The notes below the pieces were generated by a model, which was not told the DNA's origin, ran no database searches, and saw nothing but the letters and a program-made list of their open reading frames with translations. Positions 51,030-61,036 of a stretch of DNA of 64,000 nucleotides are shown here, piece by piece. Position 1 is the first letter of the stretch, and every line of letters begins with the position of its first letter. Both the position numbers and the translations under genes were made by a program. This DNA is from an uncultured Mycoplasmatota bacterium (lineage in GTDB: Bacteria; Bacillota_I; Bacilli_A; RF39; UBA660), in contig UQSR01000003.1 of the NCBI GenBank assembly GCA_900543825.1, positions 67,315 through 131,314 of the forward strand, written 5' to 3'.

Positions 51030-53396
51030 TTATTTTTTATTTTTACTCTTATCATCTTTTTGTACTGGAACTTCATCTTCATCGTCTTTTTTGAATATAA
51101 GATATAAAAGGCCAAGTACAACAAGAACAATAAGTACAATAATAACAACCTTTTCAGCAGTATTACTAGAGTCATCAGTTACAGTAACTGCATTCTTTTT
51201 AGGTGCTTTTTTATTAACTATCAATTTATACTCATTAACATCACCATTTTCAGCAGTAACTTTAATAATAACTGTATTATCACCAGTTTTAAAATTCTCA
51301 TTACCAGTAATTTCAACACTAGCACGATTATCTTCTGCTATTGCTTTAATATCTAAAGAATTAACATCACTATCAACCCTAATTCTATATTCATTAACAA
51401 GCCTATCAAAATCAATATCATAGTCAGCAATTTCTAAAGTTTTCAAATAATTATTAGATGAATAAACATAACTAATATTACTAGTAGTAACAACTGGTTT
51501 AGCCTCTTTAACAATTCTAACAGTATATACTTTAGTACTACCATCTTCAGCAGTTACCGTAATAGTGGCAATAGTTTCATCACTAGTAAGTTCATAAAGA
51601 ACAAGTCCACTAACAGTAGAATACATATCAAAAGTAGAACCACTTAATATAACACTCTCAGTATCATAAGGAACTGTTAAAGTATATGAAGTAACATCCC
51701 TATCAAATTCTCTATCAAAAGTACCAACATTACTATTTAAAGATGCAAGATCATTGTTAGAACTAATATTTCTAATTATTTGTACATCAAAACCTAAATC
51801 TTCAAAATCGTAAGCATCATATACTTTAGATACTTCGCCACTAATACTAGCACTACCAATACCAATACCAGTAGCGGTAAATACAAGTGTTAACATTATA
51901 TCATCATTATATAATGTATCACCAACACCAACTATATGTCCATCTTTATAGTTGCCACTGAAAGTATCATTAAACTTAACATCAGTAAGCATAAGTTTAT
52001 CATTAACACTAACTAAAGCATTAATACCATCAATATAATCACTAGCATCATCACTATTAACAATTACATTAACCTCAAAACTATCACCTACAAAAACATT
52101 ACTAGGAACACTACCTATAGATAATTTTAAATTATTATTATCTTCATAGTCGGTAATTGGATTTTCTCTAAGTGCATTATTAAGAACTCTAACATCATCA
52201 AAAGTAATAGTACCAAACTCTTCATCATCATTAGAAGTATATACATCCATAGAAGGCATATTAGTACCACTTAAATAACCATCGATAGTAAGACCTAAAT
52301 CATTTCTATCAAAAACATTATCATTATTAGCATCTCCTACGACAACAACAGTATAAGAAATGGTATTACCCTTTGTAAGTTCTACAACATAATTATTATA
52401 TAACTCACTATCATTATCCGTAACAAGAATTCCATTACTATCTTTAACAATTACAGAAATATCAGACTGAATAAATTTATCTAACAAGTCACTAACTTTC
52501 ATAACATCTAAGTTTTTATCATAATTTTTAGCATTAATAAATAAGTAACCATTATTAAACTCAAGTCCTGTTAAGTCATATAATTCATTATCGTTATTCT
52601 TATCATATTTAATATTAGCAGTGTAATCATAAGAATAAACAACGCCTAAATCATTGCTCAAAGTAATAGTATCAGTGTAAGTATACTCTCCTCCAAATAC
52701 ATTAGTCAAATCAGTAGTACTACCATCAAACTTAGCACTAATAAGTTCTTCACCTGTATAAGTACCAATAGAAGTACCATTTACACTAACTAAATAACTC
52801 TCTTCTGGGGATAATTCTCCTACTCTAACGCCTAGTTTTTGTGTGTAATTAAGAGGAATATTAACATTATATATATTATCTTCTATAGGAGCAATCTCTT
52901 CTTCACCAAATAAAGTACCATAAACACCTTTACTATTATTTTTAATAGAAGAATCTAAATTTTCACTATAAATCTCAACACCATTTTCAAGTATTTTAAA
53001 TTCAAGTTTAAAAGTACCATCAAAATTAAATTTACCATAAGTAAAATCATAAATATTATCATTATTTAACTCTTTACCAGTCTTAACAATAGTATTATTA
53101 TCAGTAACAACAGTACCATCTAAATAAGTATAAGAACTAGTAAGAACTACATCATAATTTTTGTCATCAAAAGTTCCATCATCGTTATCAGTAACCTCAT
53201 CAAAATTACCATTACCATAACTTAAACTCAAATGATCTACATATAAATTATTCTCATCCATAACTTCACTAAGATTAACTTTTATATTACTATTAAGAGA
53301 AATAGTATCAGCAAGTACCTTAAATGAAGTGCCAAGTTGAGAAAAAGCCATAATTGAAACCATAATAAGTTTCATTATCTTTGTTATTTTTTTCAT
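51030..53396 (-). CDS. Large surface protein with a signal peptide, a dockerin-like Ca loop, a cohesin-like segment, two cadherin-like beta-sandwich domains and a C-terminal TM anchor
   Basis: SP MKKITKIMKLIMVSIMAFSQLGTSFKVLA. GDANNDNVFDRND, a DxNxDxxVxxxD pattern. Two …KVYTVRIVK / …EYKLIVNKK PF12733-like modules. C-terminal VVIIVLIVLVVLGLLYLIF followed by KKDDEDE. It is the first gene of the Tad operon. Confidence 0.55.
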   Translation of the reverse strand: MKKITKIMKLIMVSIMAFSQLGTSFKVLADTISLNSNIKVNLSEVMDENNLYVDHLSLSYGNGNFDEVTDNDDGTFDDKNYDVVLTSSYTYLDGTVVTDNNTIVKTGKELNNDNIYDFTYGKFNFDGTFKLEFKILENGVEIYSENLDSSIKNNSKGVYGTLFGEEEIAPIEDNIYNVNIPLNYTQKLGVRVGELSPEESYLVSVNGTSIGTYTGEELISAKFDGSTTDLTNVFGGEYTYTDTITLSNDLGVVYSYDYTANIKYDKNNDNELYDLTGLEFNNGYLFINAKNYDKNLDVMKVSDLLDKFIQSDISVIVKDSNGILVTDNDSELYNNYVVELTKGNTISYTVVVVGDANNDNVFDRNDLGLTIDGYLSGTNMPSMDVYTSNDDEEFGTITFDDVRVLNNALRENPITDYEDNNNLKLSIGSVPSNVFVGDSFEVNVIVNSDDASDYIDGINALVSVNDKLMLTDVKFNDTFSGNYKDGHIVGVGDTLYNDDIMLTLVFTATGIGIGSASISGEVSKVYDAYDFEDLGFDVQIIRNISSNNDLASLNSNVGTFDREFDRDVTSYTLTVPYDTESVILSGSTFDMYSTVSGLVLYELTSDETIATITVTAEDGSTKVYTVRIVKEAKPVVTTSNISYVYSSNNYLKTLEIADYDIDFDRLVNEYRIRVDSDVNSLDIKAIAEDNRASVEITGNENFKTGDNTVIIKVTAENGDVNEYKLIVNKKAPKKNAVTVTDDSSNTAEKVVIIVLIVLVVLGLLYLIFKKDDEDEVPVQKDDKSKNKK

Positions 53397-53668
53397 TTTA
53401 TCATCCTTTCTTTTCATTTATTCAAACAAATAATATTAAATTAAATTTTATCCCCCGTAGCACACCTCCAACTAAAACAAATGATAATAGTCATATTCAT
53501 ATATTTCCTCTTCTATCATCATCAAAATAATTATAGCATACAAATCGACATTTTTCTCCTGCTTTACATAAATTTGACATTTTTATCTATATTTTAAAGG
53601 CAAAAATACCAATAACTACCATTTTTAGCAAAAATTATCATCTTTTATAGGTAAAACAAATATTTTTC

Positions 53669-53697
53669 TTGACTAAAAATACTATTAATTATATAAT
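53669..53697 (+). promoter_or_regulatory. Sigma-A promoter (TTGACT-17-TATAAT) for rpsD, followed by a roughly 135-nt leader
   Basis: Consensus hexamers with a 17-nt spacer read directly. The long 5' UTR is consistent with an S4-autoregulated leader. Confidence 0.45.
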
Positions 53698-53833
53698 ATT
53701 ATTGCTTAGCAGCGCATACTCTATTTTTAGGTAATGTGTCATTTATAAGTAACTACAGCTGCATAGCGAAAGTATGATAAAGACACCCTGCACTAAAAAG
53801 AGTATAACCTCTAAGAAGAAGGAGGATAGAATT

Positions 53834-54439
53834 ATGGCTAGATATACAGGCCCAAATAACAAAAAAGCAAGAAGATTATCATTCTCTATATTAGAAAATG
53901 GTAAAGATATTGCAAAAAGACCTTATGGTCCAGGACAACATGGTAAAGACAGAAAAAGAAAACCATCTAACTATTCTGTTCAATTAGCAGAAAAACAAAA
54001 AGCAAGATTTATGTATGGTATTTCTGAAAAGCAATTCAAAAAATTAGTAAATGATTCAGCAAAAATGAAAGGTGTTCATGGTGAAAACTTACTTATCCTA
54101 TTAGAAAGTAGATTAGATAACATCGTATATAGAATTGGTTTTGCCACTACAAGAAGAGGTGCAAGACAATTAGTTAACCATGGTCACATTACAGTAAATG
54201 GTAAGAAAGTTGATATTCCATCATACAGAGTTAAACCTGGAGATGTAATTGCTATCAAAGAAAATTCAAGCGATCACAAAGGAATAGAAATAGCACTTGC
54301 TAATAAAGTAAAAAGACCTGAATTCATTAACTATGATGAGAAAAAAAGAGTTGCTACTTATGTAAGATATCCTGAAAGAAGCGAATTAAACGCAGATATC
54401 AATGAATCATTAATCGTTGAATTCTATAGTAGAGTATAA
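53834..54439 (+). CDS. rpsD: 30S ribosomal protein S4
   Basis: [17 protein letters not shown]…; GGAGGA RBS. The ORF-track N-terminal extension is rejected. Confidence 0.95.
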   Translation: MARYTGPNNKKARRLSFSILENGKDIAKRPYGPGQHGKDRKRKPSNYSVQLAEKQKARFMYGISEKQFKKLVNDSAKMKGVHGENLLILLESRLDNIVYRIGFATTRRGARQLVNHGHITVNGKKVDIPSYRVKPGDVIAIKENSSDHKGIEIALANKVKRPEFINYDEKKRVATYVRYPERSELNADINESLIVEFYSRV

Positions 54440-54470
54440 TTAATTACTCTACTTTTTCTATAAAAGAAAA

Positions 54471-54506
54471 AGAGATTACCGAAATAAATACTAGTAATCT
54501 CTTTTT
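54471..54506 (+). terminator. Rho-independent terminator after rpsD
   Basis: AGAGATTAC-N14-GTAATCTCT followed by TTTT. Confidence 0.5.
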
Positions 54507-54525
54507 ATGAATTATTATGAACATA

Positions 54526-54544
54526 ATAAAAACCCCTTAAGGGG
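54526..54544 (-). terminator. Terminator after tRNA-Phe (CCCCTTAAGGGG palindrome plus U5)
   Basis: Perfect 12-nt palindrome followed by a T-run on the minus strand, about 15 nt past the tRNA 3' end. Confidence 0.5.
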
Positions 54545-54559
54545 TATTAATCGCTAAAC

Positions 54560-54635
<76 letters not shown>

Positions 54636-54643
54636 AAAATAAA

Positions 54644-54719
54644 TGGCGGTTCCGACGGGAGTTGAACCCGCGATCTTCTGCGTGACAGGCAGACGTGTTA
54701 ACCACTACACCACAGAACC
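54644..54719 (-). tRNA. tRNA-Asp (GTC)
   Basis: Acceptor GGTTCTG/CGGAACC. Anticodon loop cTGTCAc. CCA encoded. Confidence 0.9.
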
Positions 54720-54775
54720 AAAAATACTCAAATTGCTATTTAAGTATACTAAATTTTCTAGGTAATTGTCAACAC

Positions 54776-55588
54776 TTATGTGATTTTTTTCTTATTTTTA
54801 GACAAATAATTTGTTAATAAGAAGGAAATTACCATAAAAATCATTGATAAAATACCTCTAAAACTAAATTCAAGCCCTGGAAATATAGATAAAGTAGATC
54901 CACACACAAATCCAATTATAATACTGTATGTTAGAGATAAGTGTTTATTAAATAAATAATTGACAACCTTAATTAGGATTATTACGCCAACAATGATACC
55001 AATTATAAAAGGTATAAATGATATCCATTCAAAATAAGATAAGCTAAACGGTTTAGATAACATTAGCAACACTCTCTCATACATTCCAAGTAGCATCATA
55101 AAAAACGAACTGCTTATGCCTGGAATAATTTTACCCGAAATGTATAAAATACCTGCTATAAAAAGTTTTATAGGATTTAAATTAGAAACATTATCATAAC
55201 TAATAACACTTGGAATTACAATAAGTAATAATGAAAAAATAACAGAAAAAATTAAAGTTTTCATTTTAAGAACCCCACCATTATCTTTTAACTCATTAAC
55301 AAGAATAGGCACTCCACCAAATATCAATCCTATAAATATATATTTCATTTGGAATTCGTAATATTCATATATTTTAAGGAGTATATTACCAAAAATAATC
55401 ACTCCAATCATAATTCCAATTATTATGGGAAATAATATAATGATTTTTTTTAATGTTTTTATACTAGAATCATTAAGTACAGTTAAAACTTTATCATAAA
55501 TACCAACTAGTATTGCTATTGCAGACCCACTAACACCCGGTAAAACAACTCCTATACCAATTAATATTGAAACAAGAAAACTATACAT
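54776..55588 (-). CDS. DUF368-family membrane protein (PopT-like candidate undecaprenyl-phosphate translocase)
   Basis: N-terminal LPGVSGSAIAILVG, close to the DUF368 PGxSRSG motif. Polytopic. Confidence 0.55.
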   Translation of the reverse strand: MYSFLVSILIGIGVVLPGVSGSAIAILVGIYDKVLTVLNDSSIKTLKKIIILFPIIIGIMIGVIIFGNILLKIYEYYEFQMKYIFIGLIFGGVPILVNELKDNGGVLKMKTLIFSVIFSLLLIVIPSVISYDNVSNLNPIKLFIAGILYISGKIIPGISSSFFMMLLGMYERVLLMLSKPFSLSYFEWISFIPFIIGIIVGVIILIKVVNYLFNKHLSLTYSIIIGFVCGSTLSIFPGLEFSFRGILSMIFMVISFLLTNYLSKNKKKIT

Positions 55589-56288
55589 TCATTCTTTCCT
55601 TCTTTAGAAATTTTTTCACATCATAACCACTATCATATATAATTCTATCCACACCAATATTTTTCAACCTTTTTATTTCAGATTTACCCAAAACACCCCA
55701 TGCGCTTACAATAAAATTATTGTTTTTAAGCTTTGTAACCTCATCCTTGCTAAGGCAAATTGCAGTACAAAGTACATGGTTTAGTTTTATATTTTTGCAA
55801 TCTTTAATAATTGAATCGTTAACATCATATATCAACCAACCAAGTTTAATTGAATTATCCATTTCTCTTATTCTTTTGAGCAAATTATATTTAAACGATA
55901 TAAGCACGACATTTTTCAAACTATATTGTTTTAATGTATCTACTATGAGTTTTTCATAACCTGTTTCTTTTAATTCAATATATACATTTACATTTCTTTC
56001 AGAAAAATTTTTTAAAAACTCAGTTAATCTAACAATTTTCTCTCCCTTATAATATTCATCTCCAAAATCCATATTTAATAATTCATCAAATGTATAATCA
56101 GCCACTTTACCACTATAATTAGATGTTCTATCAACAGATTTATCATGTATAAGTACAAGTACATCATCTTTTGTTTTCCTTAAGTCAGTCTCTATACCAT
56201 CACTACCTACTAAATATGCTAAATAATAGGCACTCATTGTATTTTCAGGAGCATATTTTGATTCACCTCTATGAGAATACACTTTCAT
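55581..56288 (-). CDS. Glycerophosphodiester phosphodiesterase
   Basis: KVYSHRGESKYAPENTMSAY…GSDGIETDLRKTKDDVLVLIHDKSVDRTSN GDPD catalytic motifs. The start was taken at MKVYSH. Confidence 0.8.
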   Translation of the reverse strand: MKVYSHRGESKYAPENTMSAYYLAYLVGSDGIETDLRKTKDDVLVLIHDKSVDRTSNYSGKVADYTFDELLNMDFGDEYYKGEKIVRLTEFLKNFSERNVNVYIELKETGYEKLIVDTLKQYSLKNVVLISFKYNLLKRIREMDNSIKLGWLIYDVNDSIIKDCKNIKLNHVLCTAICLSKDEVTKLKNNNFIVSAWGVLGKSEIKRLKNIGVDRIIYDSGYDVKKFLKKERMNV

Positions 56289-56356
56289 TTTATCACCTAT
56301 TATATAATATGAAGAAAATAAAAAAAAAGACTGAGCAGTCTTCATTAATCAATATT

Positions 56357-56433
56357 GGTTGCGGGAGTAGGATTTGAACCTACGACCTTTGGGTTATGAG
56401 CCCAACGAGCTGCCAGACTGCTCCATCCCGCGA
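56357..56433 (-). tRNA. tRNA-fMet (CAT), initiator type
   Basis: C1·A72 mismatch and three G-C pairs in the anticodon stem (GGGCTCATAACCC). Confidence 0.85.
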
Positions 56434-56446
56434 TGTAAAAAATTAG

Positions 56447-56539
56447 TGGCGGAGAAAGAGGGATTCGAACCCCCGCGCCGGTTACCCGACCTCCTGGTTT
56501 TCAAGACCAGTCCCTTCAGCCAGACTTGGGTATTTCTCC
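56447..56539 (-). tRNA. tRNA-Ser (TGA)
   Basis: Acceptor GGAGAAA/TTTCTCC. Anticodon loop cTTGAAa. Long variable arm. Confidence 0.9.
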
Positions 56540-56543
56540 ATAA

Positions 56544-56632
56544 TGGTGCCTCAGGCCGGACTTGAACCGGCACGTGATTTAACTCACGCAGGATTTTAAG
56601 TCCTGTGCGTCTACCAATTTCGCCACCTGGGC
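56544..56632 (-). tRNA. tRNA-Leu (TAA), with an imperfect acceptor stem
   Basis: Anticodon loop cTTAAAa, a long variable arm and a good T-arm. The acceptor stem, however, shows C4·A69 and A5·G68 mismatches. Confidence 0.7.
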
Positions 56633-56645
56633 TTATTCAGTTAAA

Positions 56646-56721
56646 TGGTGACCCGCAGGCGACTCGAACGCCTGACCCTCTGATTAAAAGTCAGATGCTC
56701 TACCAACTGAGCTAGCGGGTC
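56646..56721 (-). tRNA. tRNA-Lys (TTT)
   Basis: Perfect acceptor GACCCGC/GCGGGTC. Anticodon loop cTTTTAa. Confidence 0.9.
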
Positions 56722-56729
56722 ATACCTTA

Positions 56730-56805
56730 TGGCTGGGGTAGCTGGATTCGAACCAGCGCAATGACAGAGTCAAAGTCTGTTGCCTTACCGCTTGGCTATA
56801 CCCCA
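56730..56805 (-). tRNA. tRNA-Gln (TTG)
   Basis: TGGGGTATAGCCAAGCGGTAAGGCA… with anticodon loop cTTTGAc. Confidence 0.9.
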
Positions 56806-56818
56806 TTCATTAGATAGA

Positions 56819-56902
56819 TGGTGGAGAGGAGTGGATTCGAACCACCGAACCAAAAGGAACTGAGTTACAGTCAGCCGCGTTTAGCCACTTCGCTACCTCT
56901 CC
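56819..56902 (-). tRNA. tRNA-Tyr (GTA)
   Basis: Acceptor GGAGAGG/CCTCTCC. Anticodon loop cTGTAAc. Long variable arm. Confidence 0.9.
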
Positions 56903-56906
56903 ATCA

Positions 56907-56982
<76 letters not shown>

Positions 56983-57015
56983 ATCTTCTATAATTTATTT
57001 CAAACACTATTTTAA

Positions 57016-57091
57016 TGGTGGAGGCTAACGGGCTCGAACCGCTGACCCTCTGCTTGTAAGGCAGATGCTCTCCCAACTGAGCTAAGCCTCC
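57016..57091 (-). tRNA. tRNA-Val (TAC)
   Basis: Acceptor GGAGGCT/AGCCTCC. Anticodon loop cTTACAa. Confidence 0.9.
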
Positions 57092-57261
57092 TTGACTAGT
57101 GCCCACTTATAATAACATCTCTATACCTTTACGTCAACAGTTTTTTGTAATTTTTTTTATTTTTTTGTTAAATTTATTTTTTTACCTATTCTATTTTCTT
57201 TTTTCACCTTTTTATTATGTTATTATTTGTTATAATAGAATCGTAAAATAAGCAAGATGCT

Positions 57262-58278
57262 ATGGAGGATATAAAAATGAAAGTACTCGTTGCTGGTGGT
57301 GCTGGTTATATTGGTAGCCACATTTGTGTAGAGTTATTACAAGCAAATCACGAAGTTGTAGTGATTGATGATTTCTCTAACTCAAAACCAGAAGTCTTAG
57401 GATATATTAAAGATATTACTGGAAAAGAAGTAAAGTTTTATGAATTCAATATTTTAGATGAAAAGAAAACAGAAGAAGTTTTTAAAGAAAATGATTTAGA
57501 TGCTGTTATTCACTGTGCTGCTTTTAAAGCAGTTGGAGAATCTGTTGAAAAACCTATTGAATATTATACAAACAATTTAACAACAACTTTAATTGTTGCT
57601 AAAATGATGAAAAAATATCATGTCAACAATATTGTTTTTTCATCAAGTGCTACAGTTTATGGAGATCCTGAAGTGGTTCCTCTTACTGAAGATTGTAAAT
57701 TAGGTGAAACAACAAATCCATATGGAGCAAGTAAAGCAATGATGGAAAGAATTTTAACAGATGTACAACATGCTTGTCCTGAAATGTCAGTTACTTTATT
57801 ACGCTACTTCAATCCAATTGGTGCCCATGAATCTGGATTACTTGGAGAAGATCCAAAAGGTATTCCAAATAACTTAATGCCTTATATTATGAAAGTAGCT
57901 GCTGGAGAACTTCCTTGTTTAGGTGTCTTTGGTGATGATTATGATACACCTGATGGTACAGGTGTACGTGATTATATCCATGTTGTTGACCTTGCTAAAG
58001 GACATGTTCTAGCAATTGAAAAATACAACAAACCTGGATTACATATTTGTAACTTAGGAACTGGTCAAGGATATAGTGTTTTAGAACTTGTTCATGCTTT
58101 TGAAAGAGTAAATGGTGTTAAAGTAAAATACGAAATCAAACCTCGTCGTGCCGGAGACATTGCTACATGTTATGCAGATCCTACAAGAGCTAAAGAAGAA
58201 CTTGGTTGGGTTGCTACTAGAGGCATTGATGAAATGTGTAGAGATACATGGAACTTTGCTAAAACAAGAATGAAATAG
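57262..58278 (+). CDS. galE: UDP-glucose 4-epimerase
   Basis: GGAGYIGSH Rossmann motif, YxxxK (YGASK) and strong overall GalE similarity. TGtTATAAT -10 upstream. Confidence 0.9.
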   Translation: MEDIKMKVLVAGGAGYIGSHICVELLQANHEVVVIDDFSNSKPEVLGYIKDITGKEVKFYEFNILDEKKTEEVFKENDLDAVIHCAAFKAVGESVEKPIEYYTNNLTTTLIVAKMMKKYHVNNIVFSSSATVYGDPEVVPLTEDCKLGETTNPYGASKAMMERILTDVQHACPEMSVTLLRYFNPIGAHESGLLGEDPKGIPNNLMPYIMKVAAGELPCLGVFGDDYDTPDGTGVRDYIHVVDLAKGHVLAIEKYNKPGLHICNLGTGQGYSVLELVHAFERVNGVKVKYEIKPRRAGDIATCYADPTRAKEELGWVATRGIDEMCRDTWNFAKTRMK

Positions 58279-58352
58279 CCTCTGGCTATTTTTTTTATTG
58301 TTTATATAGGTGAAATTTGATATTATAGAAAAGTATAAAAGGAGGAACTTCT

Positions 58353-58772
58353 ATGGATTTTTTTAAAAAAATCGGGAAAGAAGTGAGCGTCTTTGGGCTT
58401 GTATTTGTAGTTTTTATTGCATTATTTGCTTATAGACAAGCAACACATGTTGAACTTTCAACAATTTCCCAAGATAAATTAGAAGAAAAAATCAAAGATA
58501 AAGATAGTTTTGTAGTCGTTGTAGGTAGTGATAAGGATAATACGACATTGAACTACAAAAATGTTTGCTTAAAATATTTAGAAAAAAATCATAGTGATAA
58601 AATTTATTATGTAAATTTAGCTAAAGAAAATAATGCAACAACATACATTCAAAAAACTTTTAAAACAGATGATGGAACAATTCCTTCAACATTCGTTATG
58701 AAAAACGGAAAAGTAAAAGTTCAAAAATCTGGTTCTTTATCATATTATAGAATTGCTGAATTATTTAAATAA
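58353..58772 (+). CDS. Membrane-anchored hypothetical protein (thioredoxin-like fold without CxxC?)
   Basis: N-terminal TM helix. No recognisable motifs. Confidence 0.35.
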   Translation: MDFFKKIGKEVSVFGLVFVVFIALFAYRQATHVELSTISQDKLEEKIKDKDSFVVVVGSDKDNTTLNYKNVCLKYLEKNHSDKIYYVNLAKENNATTYIQKTFKTDDGTIPSTFVMKNGKVKVQKSGSLSYYRIAELFK

Positions 58773-58802
58773 AAAACGAACTCATATTTGAGTTCGTTTT
58801 TT
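58771..58802. terminator. Bidirectional rho-independent terminator between the convergent 58353..58772 gene and alr
   Basis: AACGAACTC-ATATTT-GAGTTCGTT perfect 9-bp hairpin flanked by an A-run and a T-run. Confidence 0.6.
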
Positions 58803-59901
58803 ATAACAATTCTTTTACTTGTCCATCTTGAACATAGACCCTTGGTACACGTTTAGAAATCAAACATAAAACTTCATAAGAAATCGTATCTAGATCTTTC
58901 GCCATACTTTCAAGAGAAATATGTTCACCAAAAATTTCTACTCGATCTCCTATTTTTACATTTTCATCTACTCTAACCATCATTTGATCCATACATACAC
59001 GTCCTACAATTTCATAATACTTACCATTGATATATACTTTACGCCCTTGATTTTTTCTAATAAAACCATCTGCATAACCAATTGGTAATGTTGCAATGTA
59101 TTCATCTTCTTTAGCCGTATATGTTAAACCATATCCCACTTGATCTCCTGCTGGTATTTTTTTAATCATTGCTACTTTTGTATAAAGTGACATTACTTGT
59201 TTGAATTTTGTTTCTTCTTCACCATTTGGTGAACATCCATACATAGTAATTCCTAATCTTCCCATATTTGATTTTTCATCATGATGATAGGTCATTGCTG
59301 CTGAATTACAACAATGAATATATTTGAATTTACAATTACCTATCATTTCATAAAATAAACTTCTTTGTTTTTCAAAAGCAACATCATCTCCATCAGCTGT
59401 CGCAAAGTGTGTAAAGATTCCTTCTACATTAAATTTATCAGGATCAACTAGTTTTAATAAAGTTGATAATTCTTCTTTAGACATTAAACCAATACGATGC
59501 ATTCCTGTATCTAATTTAATATGCACTTTTAATATTTGTCCCTTATCAATTAAATGATCCAATAATTTTAAATAAGCAACTGAAACCATTGTTAAAGAAA
59601 TATCATATTTAATAGCTAAATCAATATCTTCTTTACTTGTTGGAATAGCTCCTAAAATCAATATCCCTTTATTAATTCCTAATTCTCTTAACTCAATTGC
59701 TTCTTGAAGTGTTGCAACAGCAAACATTTCAATATAATCAATATCCTTTAAAAAACTAGCAACTTCTTTATACCCATGACCATAAGCATCCGCTTTAATC
59801 ACAGCCATCAACGGTCTTTTAAATTCACTATGTGCTAATTCAACATTATATTTTAAATGGTCTAAATCTACAATTGCATACGTGTCACGCTTTAAATTCA
59901 T
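58801..59901 (-). CDS. alr: Alanine racemase
   Basis: PLP-lysine motif AVIKADAYGHG. Start taken at MNLKRDTY with a GGAGGTG RBS. Confidence 0.85.
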   Translation of the reverse strand: MNLKRDTYAIVDLDHLKYNVELAHSEFKRPLMAVIKADAYGHGYKEVASFLKDIDYIEMFAVATLQEAIELRELGINKGILILGAIPTSKEDIDLAIKYDISLTMVSVAYLKLLDHLIDKGQILKVHIKLDTGMHRIGLMSKEELSTLLKLVDPDKFNVEGIFTHFATADGDDVAFEKQRSLFYEMIGNCKFKYIHCCNSAAMTYHHDEKSNMGRLGITMYGCSPNGEEETKFKQVMSLYTKVAMIKKIPAGDQVGYGLTYTAKEDEYIATLPIGYADGFIRKNQGRKVYINGKYYEIVGRVCMDQMMVRVDENVKIGDRVEIFGEHISLESMAKDLDTISYEVLCLISKRVPRVYVQDGQVKELL

Positions 59902-59961
59902 AAAGACACCTCCAAACAATAGTATAATCCAACCCATTTCATAATTCAATTTGAAATCTCT

Positions 59962-60942
59962 TTATTTTGTCGATGAAGTTTGCATACTTGTCATGACTGA
60001 AAGCATTTCTTCTTTCGTTAAATCTTGTGAATATAAAGAACACATCATTCCATGATACATCATCGATAATTTTCCAGGTTGATAATATGCAAACCCATCT
60101 ATTAAATCGATCACTTCATCATCAGAAAACTGCATTACTTGTTGATCATTTACTTGTGTTTCTACCATTGTAAAACTTTTATCACCACTAAATTTTAAAA
60201 TATGATTTTTATCCCCTTCTATTGAAGACACTGTTTCACTTTCTAATTTAGCTCCTAATAGAGAAACTGGATATAAAACATCGTTATTTGCGGATGTTTT
60301 GACATCCTTTTTTGATTCTTTCAATGCTTGATTTTGATTAAAATGTTTCTCTTTAAAATTTTTATTTTTATGAAATTCATTTACTTTACAAGTAACAATT
60401 TCTGTCTCATCTTGATCTAGACATAAAACAATCAATGGTTTTAATTTTTTATCAAAAATAACTTCTTGTTTAACAATTCTTGTATCATTAGGGTATTTCA
60501 CCTTTGCTTCTACTTGATATCCTTTTTCAATCTTTTTAACTTTATTATTTTCTAATAATTGAATTAAATAATGATAAATATATGGTTTAGGACTATTTTC
60601 AGGCCAATCACTTTGAAATTTAAACATTTGATTAAGTGTTGGTGTTAAAACATAGACTCCTTTTTTATTTTTTATAATGATTTGTGATTGATTTAAACTT
60701 TTATCATAAAGTTCTACTCGATAATATTTTTGTTTATCTTTTTTTAAATAATCTACTTTTACTTCATAACTTTTAAGTTCATCATTTTGTGTCATTTCCA
60801 TATCACATACAAGTTGATAAGAACTCATACTTTTAGCTTCTTTTAACGTTTCATCCAATGAATTATTTTTAAATTTAAAAAAAACAACAATACCTATTGC
60901 ACAAATGACTAAACCTATAATGACAATATATAATTTTTTCAA
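59962..60942 (-). CDS. Membrane-anchored LolA-fold/DUF4367-like protein (YdcC-like; sits upstream of alr as in Bacillus)
   Basis: TTG start after a GGAGGG RBS (KKLYIVIIGLVICAIGIVVFF). Position and size resemble B. subtilis ydcC. Similarity is judged from memory only. Confidence 0.35.
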   Translation of the reverse strand: MKKLYIVIIGLVICAIGIVVFFKFKNNSLDETLKEAKSMSSYQLVCDMEMTQNDELKSYEVKVDYLKKDKQKYYRVELYDKSLNQSQIIIKNKKGVYVLTPTLNQMFKFQSDWPENSPKPYIYHYLIQLLENNKVKKIEKGYQVEAKVKYPNDTRIVKQEVIFDKKLKPLIVLCLDQDETEIVTCKVNEFHKNKNFKEKHFNQNQALKESKKDVKTSANNDVLYPVSLLGAKLESETVSSIEGDKNHILKFSGDKSFTMVETQVNDQQVMQFSDDEVIDLIDGFAYYQPGKLSMMYHGMMCSLYSQDLTKEEMLSVMTSMQTSSTK

Positions 60943-61036
60943 ATCTATCCCTCCATTATAAAAATATTCTTTATTTATTTTTATATGTATAAAATACAAA
61001 TTTACGGGATAGACTCTATTTAAGGAGGTTAAGAAA

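Noticed and set aside
51030-53417. Interpreting the 795-aa protein as a cellulosomal scaffoldin
   Set aside because: There is only one dockerin-like loop and one cohesin-like stretch, judged by eye. The Tad locus context and the TM anchor make an adhesin role more parsimonious. The domain hits need HMM confirmation.
56171-56565. ORFs 56171..56377 and 56374..56565 (+)
   Set aside because: They overlap the GDPD gene antisense and the tRNA-fMet/Ser/Leu genes respectively. The second is simply the complement of tRNA sequence.
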